Shown here piece by piece: positions 1 through 7,195 of a stretch of 64,000 bases of DNA. Origin of the DNA: an uncultured Muribaculaceae bacterium (GTDB lineage: Bacteria > Cyanobacteriota > Vampirovibrionia > Gastranaerophilales > Gastranaerophilaceae); assembly GCA_964499135.1 (NCBI GenBank), contig CAZCIW010000005.1, positions 2,921-66,920 of the forward strand, given 5' to 3'. The position numbers and the translations under genes are program-made. Under the pieces are notes generated by a model. It was not told the DNA's origin. It did no database searches and saw only the letters and a list, made by a program, of their open reading frames with translations. Position 1 is the first letter of the stretch, and each line of letters starts with the position of its first letter.

Positions 1-237
1 TTGAGTGCTGATTTTACTGCTATTCAAATATAATATATGCTTCAGGCTTACTTCCGACTTGAAAAATAGCAATTTCAAATGGGACTTTTTTGCCCTGAAT
101 GTGTTATCGCTATGATATAGAGTGTGTTTGAGTTTTAGCGATTCGCTCGGATTTATGCTGGACTTTTTCGTGACAAAAAGTGAACAAAAAGTCACCTTTC
201 GTCCCATTTCAGTCAAACTGTTCAAAATGGCTATTCG
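1..237 (-). CDS. possible 5' part of a CDS running off the left edge (hypothetical, K/S/L-rich)
   Basis: Not in the supplied ORF track. The minus-strand frame in register with position 1 has no stop for 79 codons (in-frame stop is + strand cta at 238-240). Candidate ATG at 205-207. No SD and no motif recognised. Confidence 0.25.
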
Positions 238-300
238 CTAAATATGATAGGTAATACGGGCTAATTGGTTACATTTCAAAAGTCTCAATAAACCCCATAG

Positions 301-360
301 AGCAAAACGCGGAATTGCCGTTATACGCGAGCGAACAAGACACGAGCCTCGTCTCCCGCT
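301..360. repeat. 60-bp direct repeat, copy 1 (putative att-type junction)
   Basis: Ungapped alignment with 1106-1165 gives 56/60 identical, with differences at repeat positions 8, 24, 31 and 35. Confidence 0.85.
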
Positions 361-364
361 CCAT

Positions 365-400
365 AAAAGACAAGAGTTTCAGACTCTTGTCTTTTATTTT
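365..400 (+). terminator. rho-independent terminator-like hairpin
   Basis: Perfect 13-bp stem aaaagacaagagt / actcttgtctttt with loop ttcag, followed by ATTTT. It lies 4 nt after repeat copy 1 and 35 nt beyond the stop of the minus-strand integrase fragment, so it could act in either direction. Confidence 0.6.
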
Positions 401-429
401 GTGAGGTTTTAGTCTCACAAAAGTCTCAC
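401..429. repeat. phased heptamers GTCTCAC-AAAA-GTCTCAC plus inverted half-site GTGAG
   Basis: GTCTCAC occurs at 412-418 and 423-429, an 11-bp period. GTGAG at 401-405 is the inverted half-site. A 6/7 copy (GTCTCAA) sits at 282-288. The pair ends 5 nt from the integrase stop codon. Confidence 0.5.
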
Positions 430-434
430 ATTTT

Positions 435-848
435 CTAACTTTTGAGTATGCCATTCATCCCTCCTAGTGCTTTTTCTATCATGTCTTTACTGTTCTTCAT
501 ATAGATGTTCAATGTTGTTTGAGCCTTTTTATGCCCGAGCTGATTTTGGATAAACTTAATACTTGCACCATTATCAAGAGCTATGTCAGCATAAGAGCCT
601 CTGAGGTCGTGTATTCTTACTCTATCCGTTATTCCAACATACGCTAATAATCGTTGCCACACTCTTCTTCTCAGGTTATCAACATTTAAATAACCGTTTA
701 CTTGACTAGGAAATAATAGGTTTGTATCTTCGGGTAGAGACTTGATATGTTTTTGTAAGATTTCAATAATATCATCAGCCAAATATACATCTCGCTCGAG
801 CTGAGTTACTATTCTTGCTCTATCCTTTGTGCCATACTTATATTGAGT
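435..848 (-). pseudogene. tyrosine recombinase (phage integrase family), C-terminal fragment only
   Basis: The ORF encodes RIHDLRGSYADIAL...NQLGHKKAQTTLNIYM, covering the His-x-x-Arg, second His and catalytic Tyr region. The frame is open upstream only to a stop at 849-851. There is no ATG, and the N-terminal domain and Box I Arg region are missing. Confidence 0.75.
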
Positions 849-1105
849 TCAGCTATCTAAAGGCATTATTCGAATAAAAAGGTTAAAGTACACCTGCGCG
901 CCTTCAATCCACCCATAAAAAACCGCATACATGCATTGCTAATTGGTGTTATCTGTGCTGCTTTTATTGAAATAACAAAAAAATCTGATTAATTCTAAAA
1001 TGATTTAATGTTTTTTCTGTATGTACCTGTTACTTTTTCTGGTATCTTATGTTAATTAACAGGAGCTGAGGCTGGCGTATTTTTGCAAAGTGTTGAAAAC
1101 ACTGA

Positions 1106-1165
1106 AGCAAAATGCGGAATTGCCGTTAAACGCGACCGAGCAAGACACGAGCCTCGTCTCCCGCT
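1106..1165. repeat. 60-bp direct repeat, copy 2
   Basis: 56/60 identical to 301-360. Weak similarity continues about 15 nt further (tcatttaaaacataag vs ccataaaagacaag). Confidence 0.85.
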
Positions 1166-1309
1166 TCATTTAAAACATAAGTCCAGTAAGCCTTTTAGGA
1201 AATTGGATTATTTTTTTATTTGGCGAATTTTCCTTCTTGTTCACATTTTGCTCACAAATTCTATTATTTAAGTATACCCTTTATTTTCTCCAATAAGTAT
1301 AATAATTAA

Positions 1310-1347
1310 AGAGTTCTAAAAAAATTTCTTTTTAGAACTCTTTTTTT
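1310..1347 (+). terminator. rho-independent terminator-like hairpin
   Basis: Perfect 13-bp stem agagttctaaaaa / tttttagaactct with loop aatttc, followed by a T6 run. It shares the agagtt...actct core with the hairpin at 365-400. Confidence 0.6.
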
Positions 1348-1353
1348 AAATAT

Positions 1354-1371
1354 GTGGCACAAAAGTGGCAC
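1354..1371. repeat. phased heptamers GTGGCAC-AAAA-GTGGCAC
   Basis: Same 7-4-7 architecture as 412-429, differing only in the central dinucleotide (GG vs CT). It starts 7 nt after the 1310-1347 hairpin. Confidence 0.5.
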
Positions 1372-1681
1372 TAATAACAAAAATAGAATAAAAATATTGT
1401 TATTCAATGCACGGTAAAAATGAAGCTATAAAAGAAAAAGTTGCCAACTTAAAGTAGGCAACATTAAATAAACACGAGGATATTAAGAGAGAGAGTATAA
1501 AAAAATCTTTATTTTCTTCCTATATGTAACTTATATTATTTTTTAGTTTTTCCAATCTAACTGTTTAGATTTCCCTTACATTTATATAAAGTATTTTAGT
1601 ATTTCAAAATTGCTTAATTTGTTATTAAATGTTACGAGTTTGTAATATTTCTGCTTTAATTGATAGCCTTTTGTAAATTTC

Positions 1682-1710
1682 TTGCTATGTGTAAGAAAAA
1701 ATGATACAAT
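1682..1710 (+). promoter_or_regulatory. sigma-70-type promoter candidate for pilT-recO
   Basis: TTGCTA (1682-1687), a 17-nt spacer, then TACAAT (1705-1710) with TG at 1702-1703 (extended -10). It lies 28 nt upstream of ATG 1738. Confidence 0.45.
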
Positions 1711-1737
1711 TAATCGCATGTAGAAGTGAGAGGTATA

Positions 1738-2847
1738 ATGACAATAAGTAGTTTTGATATAGTTGCATTTTTGGAAAGAGCAGTAGCTATCGGTGCGTCA
1801 GATATTCATCTTTCGGTTAATGAGTATCCTGCAATAAGAAAAGATGGGAAGATTATAAAAATTAAGATGCCTATTCTGACTGAAACAGACATTGATGAAG
1901 CTTATGGCGCTCTTATCCCTTCGTCTCTTACTTCTTCTCATTTGGATAATATTTGTGATCTGGATTTTGCGTATGAAATTCCGGGTTGTTCCCGATTCCG
2001 TGTAAATTTGAGTCGTCAGTTGGGTCGATATGCTCTTGTAATAAGAACGATTCCTTATGAAATTAAAAGTGTCGCAGAGTTGCATCTTCCGAAAGCTATT
2101 CAACAGTTTGCTACTCTAAATAATGGTTTAGTATTGATTACAGGTCCAACCGGAAGCGGAAAATCTACTACAATTGCATCTTTGATAGATTACATAAATT
2201 TGAATTATCCAAAACACATCATTACGATTGAAGATCCGGTTGAATTTATTTTTAATAATCGAAAGGCTATTGTTTCGCAGCGTCAAATTGGTGTCGATAC
2301 GCATAGTTTTCCGGATGGTGTAAAATATGCCTTGAGGCAGGATCCGGATGTTATTTTTATCGGTGAAATTCGTGACAGAGAAACTGTGTTAAGTGCTCTT
2401 AAAGCTGCGGAAACAGGACACCTTGTATTCGCAACAATCCATACAAATGGTGCTGTCCAGACTGTTAATAGAATTATTAATATGTTTGAACCGGCGGATA
2501 GATTGCATGTGAGAGGGCAGATTGCAAGTATTTTGAGAGGAACTGTTTCACAACGTTTAGTTCCCATGCAGGATTCCCTTGGACGCAGACCGGCATGTGA
2601 GCTTTTGGTTGTAACTTCAACAGTAAAAGATTTTATTGAAAAAGATAAATTGGAAGAAGTTTACGATTTGGTTAAGAAGGGTTCATTCAATAATATGATT
2701 ACAATGAATATGTCATTGTACAATCTTTTTCAGGAAGGGTTGATATCAGAAGAGCTTGCGCTGGAACATTCTGATGATAAAAATGAACTCAAACAAATGT
2801 TCCGTGGTGTGTATCAAGGTACCAGTGCCGGTAGAGATTTTGAGTAG
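1738..2847 (+). CDS. pilT: type IV pilus retraction ATPase PilT
   Basis: Walker A GPTGSGKSTT, IITIEDPVEF, Asp box DPDVIFIGEIRD and His box TGHLVFATIHT. I moved the start to ATG 1738 (SD GAGAGG); the track ORF begins at GTG 1726. Confidence 0.85.
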   Translation: MTISSFDIVAFLERAVAIGASDIHLSVNEYPAIRKDGKIIKIKMPILTETDIDEAYGALIPSSLTSSHLDNICDLDFAYEIPGCSRFRVNLSRQLGRYALVIRTIPYEIKSVAELHLPKAIQQFATLNNGLVLITGPTGSGKSTTIASLIDYINLNYPKHIITIEDPVEFIFNNRKAIVSQRQIGVDTHSFPDGVKYALRQDPDVIFIGEIRDRETVLSALKAAETGHLVFATIHTNGAVQTVNRIINMFEPADRLHVRGQIASILRGTVSQRLVPMQDSLGRRPACELLVVTSTVKDFIEKDKLEEVYDLVKKGSFNNMITMNMSLYNLFQEGLISEELALEHSDDKNELKQMFRGVYQGTSAGRDFE

Positions 2848-2849
2848 AA

Positions 2850-3611
2850 ATGAATAATTTTGTAACTGATGCGATAAACTTAAAGTCGTATAATTTGAGT
2901 GAATCTGATAAGATTATTTTAATGTATTCACGCGATAAAGGGCTAATTCGGGGGGTTGCTAAAGGAGTTAAAAAACCAAAAAGCAAACTTGGAGCACGCA
3001 TGGACTTACTTGTTGCGAATAAATTGATGCTATATAGAGGTAAAAATCTTGATACAATCTGCCAGGCAGAGGCTCTTAATACTTTTAACAAAACAAGAAG
3101 TAATATGGATAAAATTTTCTATTCTTTGTATGTTAGTGAAGTAGTAACAAATTTTGGAGTGGAAGATGATCCTTGTTCAAGTCAAGTTTTTGAGCTTCTT
3201 TACCAAGCTCTTGATAAAATTTCGATTTCTTCAAATAAAGTTGAAATTATGATTAATGTTTTAAAATTTCAACTAAAAATGATGACTTTATCCGGTTTCG
3301 GAATAGAATTTAATAAGTGCCTCAAATGTGGAACTGAAATTTTAGATGAGGAAATGTATTTTTCAACTCTTAAAGGTGGTGTAGTTTGCGCAGATTGCAT
3401 TTCGGGAACATCCGGTTCTGTATTATTGCATTATAAAGTTCGTGATTTCTTAAAAACTCTTGAAAATACATCTTTTGAAGCTCATTGCCAGTACGAAGAA
3501 AAAGCAACTGAAAAAATTTGTACTGTTTGTTTTGAACTATTGAAAGGGTATATAAATCTGCATTCTCCTAAGAAGTTCAATTCAACACAAATTTTGCAGG
3601 AAATAGGCTAG
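2850..3611 (+). CDS. recO: DNA repair protein RecO
   Basis: 253 aa with a RecO-like N-terminus (LKSYNLSESDKIILMYSRDKGLIRGVAKGVKKPKSKL) and a CxxC...CxxC zinc finger (CLKCG...CADC). It starts 2 nt after the pilT stop. Confidence 0.8.
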   Translation: MNNFVTDAINLKSYNLSESDKIILMYSRDKGLIRGVAKGVKKPKSKLGARMDLLVANKLMLYRGKNLDTICQAEALNTFNKTRSNMDKIFYSLYVSEVVTNFGVEDDPCSSQVFELLYQALDKISISSNKVEIMINVLKFQLKMMTLSGFGIEFNKCLKCGTEILDEEMYFSTLKGGVVCADCISGTSGSVLLHYKVRDFLKTLENTSFEAHCQYEEKATEKICTVCFELLKGYINLHSPKKFNSTQILQEIG

Positions 3612-3762
3612 CTTGTTGAAATTTAGTTGAGTTAGAAGTTAAGTTTGTAACTAATTTTTATCAGATATTTATAAAAATTTATTCAAATTAATAGCCTTAC
3701 TGTTCAATGTTATTGATTTTCTCTTGGCTTATTGTGTAGAAAATGAGTTACAGGAGAGATTT

Positions 3763-4785
3763 ATGAAGAAATTTGTATTGTTATTAATTATTTTGATGAT
3801 AGGTGCGAGAGCATATTCTGAAAGCCGAATAATAAGGACTTACCGTCCGCTTCCTCCATCCTATAATACCACTCATTGCAACCGGTGCGGACATTACTAT
3901 GGGCACCAAAATTCAGGACATAGAGGCTATGGGTATAATCAGCGGTATATAAATTCTTCTTACCATCCGTATGGTAGGTCTGATGGATACAATTATCAAC
4001 ACTATGGCATGATGAATAGATTCTATAATAATCGTAATAATTCTATTTTTAGAAATAATAGATTTTCTCCGACTCATAGAATGTTTGAAAGATTTAGAAG
4101 TAATGTAGAGGGTGGAATTGTGCCAATTTCTGATATAAAGCCGTTGAAATCAAACGATTTAAGACTTTTAGAGATTGAAAAAAACGTTTTGGGAAAAGAT
4201 TATCAAAAACAAGATTTGAATTTACGTTTGAATAGGTTAGAAAAAAAATTGTTTAAAGAAACCTATCAGAAAATGAATGCGAATGAAAGAATTGATAATT
4301 TGTATGCAAGTTATAATAATCAACGACAATCAGTTACGTCAGCAGAGGTTTCTATGTTGGAAAAATCTGTTTGGGGGAGAAGTTATGGAAATGAATCGTT
4401 GGAAACGAGGGTTTCTAAACTAGAAGAAGAAATTCTCGGAGCAATTCAGAATGGAGATTTGTCAAAACGTATTTCAATATTAAAACAGGCACTTTCTGTC
4501 TCTGCTCAAGCTCAGCCCTACGGAACCTGTTATGGCGGATATGTTCCTGAATATGATCCAAATATTGTAAATGATTTTCATGACGGTGCTTTTAGTAGAT
4601 TTAAAAATAATCTTGGATTGATTTTTGGCGGAGGTTGTCCGACAGGCTGGTCTCCTCAACTTGGGCAAATGAATCAGTTTGATTTTATGAATGATGGTGA
4701 TTTTGATGGTTATGTCGGAAATACCGGTTATTCATACAAAAACACAAAGCGGGGTACCGGTACCGGTATTCGAATACTTGACTAA
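3763..4785 (+). CDS. secreted protein with Y/N/G/H-rich region and two copies of an LE-x3-hG / RL-xx-LE repeat module
   Basis: SD AGGAG lies 6 nt upstream of ATG 3763. Signal peptide MKKFVLLLIILMIGARAYS. The repeat units match those of the 18620-19585 protein. Confidence 0.6.
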   Translation: MKKFVLLLIILMIGARAYSESRIIRTYRPLPPSYNTTHCNRCGHYYGHQNSGHRGYGYNQRYINSSYHPYGRSDGYNYQHYGMMNRFYNNRNNSIFRNNRFSPTHRMFERFRSNVEGGIVPISDIKPLKSNDLRLLEIEKNVLGKDYQKQDLNLRLNRLEKKLFKETYQKMNANERIDNLYASYNNQRQSVTSAEVSMLEKSVWGRSYGNESLETRVSKLEEEILGAIQNGDLSKRISILKQALSVSAQAQPYGTCYGGYVPEYDPNIVNDFHDGAFSRFKNNLGLIFGGGCPTGWSPQLGQMNQFDFMNDGDFDGYVGNTGYSYKNTKRGTGTGIRILD

Positions 4786-4875
4786 TTTAATAAAATCATT
4801 AAACTAATATCATACAAACAGATGTTTGCTGCACTTTTGAAATATCAGATAATCATATTAAGAAAGTGTACAAAA

Positions 4876-5367
4876 ATGCCTTTTAGATATCGACTGCAAA
4901 AAGTACTTGATTTTAGAATTCGTAAAAAAGAAGAACAGCTCATTGTTGTTCAAAAAGCCCAACAGGCGGTATTTATTGCAGAAGAAAATATCCGTAAAAA
5001 TAACGAAGAAATTCGACAAACGCAAATAAATATGCGTCAGGCGGATCCTAGAATGTATGAGACTTATGATAATTATCTTATATATTTGTGGGATAAGGCA
5101 GAAAAACTTGAACAAATTCGTGTGGAAGCTCAAAAAGTTCTTGATGAAGAGAAGGCAAAGCTTGTAAAGTTGGAACAGGCTGTGAAAGTTCTTGAAAAGC
5201 ACAAAGAAAAAAACAGAGAAGCTTACATCGAAGAAGAAAAAAAGGCAGAACTCAAAAGCTTTTCGGAACTTGGTGTACAGAGGTTTTTCAATCAATCTAA
5301 AGAACGTCAGGAAGAAGAAGAACTTGAGCTTTTAAAACAATTAGAAGAACTGGAGGATTATTCCTAA
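4876..5367 (+). CDS. fliJ: flagellar export chaperone FliJ-like
   Basis: MPFRYRLQKVLDFRIRKKEEQL... and KVLEKHKEKNREAYIEEEKKAELKSFSELG resemble the FliJ N- and C-terminal patterns. Coiled-coil, K/E-rich. The track ORF starts at ATG 4822, so the start is uncertain. Confidence 0.6.
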   Translation: MPFRYRLQKVLDFRIRKKEEQLIVVQKAQQAVFIAEENIRKNNEEIRQTQINMRQADPRMYETYDNYLIYLWDKAEKLEQIRVEAQKVLDEEKAKLVKLEQAVKVLEKHKEKNREAYIEEEKKAELKSFSELGVQRFFNQSKERQEEEELELLKQLEELEDYS

Positions 5368-6300
5368 ATGAATATAGATACTTCAACATTAAACAGCAGT
5401 ACGGAAACGGCAGCCTATATTACATCCGGTCAAAACCGTAAAATATATGGAGGGGATACTTTCAGCTCACAACTTAAAACATTAAAAGCTAATTCTGCTG
5501 AGGCTGCGGAAGGTGCTTCATCGCAGGAGAATATTTCAAAATCTGCGAAAGATAAGGTTTCGGAACGTTCTGATAAAGAAGATAACGTTCAAGACACAAA
5601 AGTTGAACAAAAAGCTGAAAATAAGATAGCAGAAAAAAACTCAGAAGAGGCTGACAATGATCAATCTCAACAGCAAAGTAATCAGAACCAGTCCGGAGGA
5701 CAACAGAATGCAAATCAGCAATCCACAGAGTTGTCGGAGGAAATTTTATCTGTAATGAAAGCAACAGGCAAAGTCTCTGCACTTGACGGATTAAATGATT
5801 TCCAGTTTGTAGCCGGAATTAGTAATGATATTTATACCTCTGCGCCGAAGATAGATTATTCTTCAATTTCAATGAGTGATAATGATGCAGAGTTTTTTGC
5901 AAACCTTGTTTCAAAAACAGATATGTCAATGCAGAGTATTGCCGGAGAATTTCAAAAATCTCTTCAGTCCGGAAAAATTGAACAGGTTCAAAAAGCTGCC
6001 CAAGTTTCGGCAACCCTATTGGAAGCACTTTCAGAATCAATGAAAACTAATAAAGCTTTCAGAATTGATTTTGATAAAGATGTTTCTGTAGTAATGCGTG
6101 TTGACAGAGATGGAAGTATTAATGCAAACTTTATTCCCGGAGACAAGGCAGTTGAGGCTTATTTGAAAAATAATATTTCTTATTTAAAACAGCGATTTGA
6201 TGAACAAAATTTATCCTATGGAGAACTGACGTATAGCAAACACAAGCATCAGGATAAAGATGAGGAAAGGCAAAATAACAAGGAGAACAGCCATGAATGA
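5368..6300 (+). CDS. FliK-like flagellar hook-length control protein (tentative)
   Basis: Its ATG abuts the fliJ stop. The N-terminal half is Q/N/E-rich and looks disordered. The C-terminal FRIDFDKDVSVVMRVDRDGSINANFIPGDKAVEAYLKNNISYLKQRFDEQNL resembles the FliK C-terminal domain pattern. Confidence 0.45.
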   Translation: MNIDTSTLNSSTETAAYITSGQNRKIYGGDTFSSQLKTLKANSAEAAEGASSQENISKSAKDKVSERSDKEDNVQDTKVEQKAENKIAEKNSEEADNDQSQQQSNQNQSGGQQNANQQSTELSEEILSVMKATGKVSALDGLNDFQFVAGISNDIYTSAPKIDYSSISMSDNDAEFFANLVSKTDMSMQSIAGEFQKSLQSGKIEQVQKAAQVSATLLEALSESMKTNKAFRIDFDKDVSVVMRVDRDGSINANFIPGDKAVEAYLKNNISYLKQRFDEQNLSYGELTYSKHKHQDKDEERQNNKENSHE

Positions 6301-7129
6301 TTCATACACAACAGCTATGAATACACAGAAATCAACCCAAAACTGGATGGATGTTATTGCGCATAACATGACAAATGTCTACACCCCGGGGTTTAAAGAG
6401 CAGCAGGTGAACTTCAAAACCTTTCTTGGAGGCGCAATAGCTGATGATTACGATAAAAAAATGAGTCAGGGAAAATCAACTCCCGGAACATCTACCGAAA
6501 ACTTATACCTTGAAGGTAAAGGCTTTTTTCTTACAAAAACTCCGGAAGGAAAGAGTGTTTACACTCGTCTAGGTGAATTCAAGTTTGACGGTGAGGGGGT
6601 ATACCGTGCAAAGAACGGAAACACTGTCCAAGGGTATATTCTAAATGATAAAGGGGAGATAATGCAAGGGACAAAAACAGTATCGCAGGATTTGTATGCC
6701 CAAACTGCGCTGAAAGGTGGTTCTCTGGATATCCCGACAACAAATATTAAAATGTGGATTGACCCGAGCAATGGAAAATATCTCGGGAAATACGATGATT
6801 ACGAAATAAAAGATGATGGTACTATTTACGGTAAGGCTGATGGTGGTAAGAGAACGGTTCCACTTTATCGTATTACTACCAGAAACTTCCATAATTCATC
6901 AGCCCTATTTGAATTCAAAGAAGGTTATTATCTGGAAACGGAAGAATCAGGAAAACCTCTTTTAGGTTATGGTCAAATACGTTCAGGACTACTTGAATTG
7001 TCAAATGCTGATTTTAAAGGTAATATTTCGTATTTTCAGATGGCTAAATTACAAATGGAAATCTCAAATAAATTAATTTCAACAAACAAAGAACTTTTGG
7101 AAGAAGCCCTGAGACTTGTCGGAAGTTAG
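6293..7129 (+). CDS. flagellar hook/rod protein (FlgE/FlgF/FlgG family)
   Basis: N-terminal DVIAHNMTNVYTPGFK matches the rod/hook N-terminal motif, and the C-terminus has LLELSNADF... A strong SD AAGGAGA sits 7 nt before ATG 6293. ATGAATGA overlaps the previous gene. Confidence 0.7.
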   Translation: MNDSYTTAMNTQKSTQNWMDVIAHNMTNVYTPGFKEQQVNFKTFLGGAIADDYDKKMSQGKSTPGTSTENLYLEGKGFFLTKTPEGKSVYTRLGEFKFDGEGVYRAKNGNTVQGYILNDKGEIMQGTKTVSQDLYAQTALKGGSLDIPTTNIKMWIDPSNGKYLGKYDDYEIKDDGTIYGKADGGKRTVPLYRITTRNFHNSSALFEFKEGYYLETEESGKPLLGYGQIRSGLLELSNADFKGNISYFQMAKLQMEISNKLISTNKELLEEALRLVGS

Positions 7130-7163
7130 TATTAACATATAATATTCTTAGACTCCATTTTGT

Positions 7164-7195
7164 AAAGGAACTTACACAAGTTCCTTTTTTATTTT
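7164..7195 (+). terminator. terminator hairpin after the flagellar gene (shared with the convergent gene)
   Basis: aaaggaactt-acac-aagttccttt followed by a T-rich run. It overlaps the last codons of the minus-strand ORF 7172-8170. Confidence 0.6.

Larger units (their letters stand above)
301..1165. mobile_element. decayed integrative element remnant (integrase fragment between 60-bp direct repeats)
   Basis: The direct repeats at 301-360 and 1106-1165 bracket only the 3' third of a tyrosine recombinase gene. The int 3' end faces repeat copy 1, as in lambda-type attL-int layouts. Confidence 0.4.

Noticed and set aside
301-360. The 60-bp repeat as the 3' end of a tRNA or tmRNA gene, the usual integrase targets
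   Set aside because: There is no GGTTCGAnnCC-type T-arm, no acceptor-stem/CCA context and no cloverleaf in 1-400. No tmRNA-like 5' GGGG start or tag reading frame ending in a hydrophobic A-A stop was found in any frame.
269-454. Track ORF of 61 aa (minus). The 62-aa + strand ORF at 1083-1271 is a similar case.
   Set aside because: Both exist only because they read through the 60-bp repeat and terminator hairpins. Their starts are non-ATG or lack an SD. The repeat mismatches show no consistent coding pattern in any extended frame, since the candidate frames hit stops within about 30 codons upstream.
1106-1165. Integron attC (59-base element) interpretation of the repeats
   Set aside because: Copy 2 contains GTTAAAC, which fits GTTRRRY, but copy 1 has GTTATAC. 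There is no inverse core (RYYYAAC) and no imperfect-palindrome structure. Copy 1 also lies on the 3' side of the integrase gene rather than upstream of its 5' end.
4858-5295. Long antisense ORFs inside confident genes: 4858-5295, 13277-13690, 15392-15805, 25485-25934, 32610-33065, 39131-39541, 46808-47185, 48502-48876, 49141-49659 and 53677-53982
   Set aside because: Each lies fully within a gene with strong motif support on the other strand. Their products are low-complexity (F/L/I/S- or R/C-rich) mirrors of K/E- or P/A-rich coding sequence. None has an SD.
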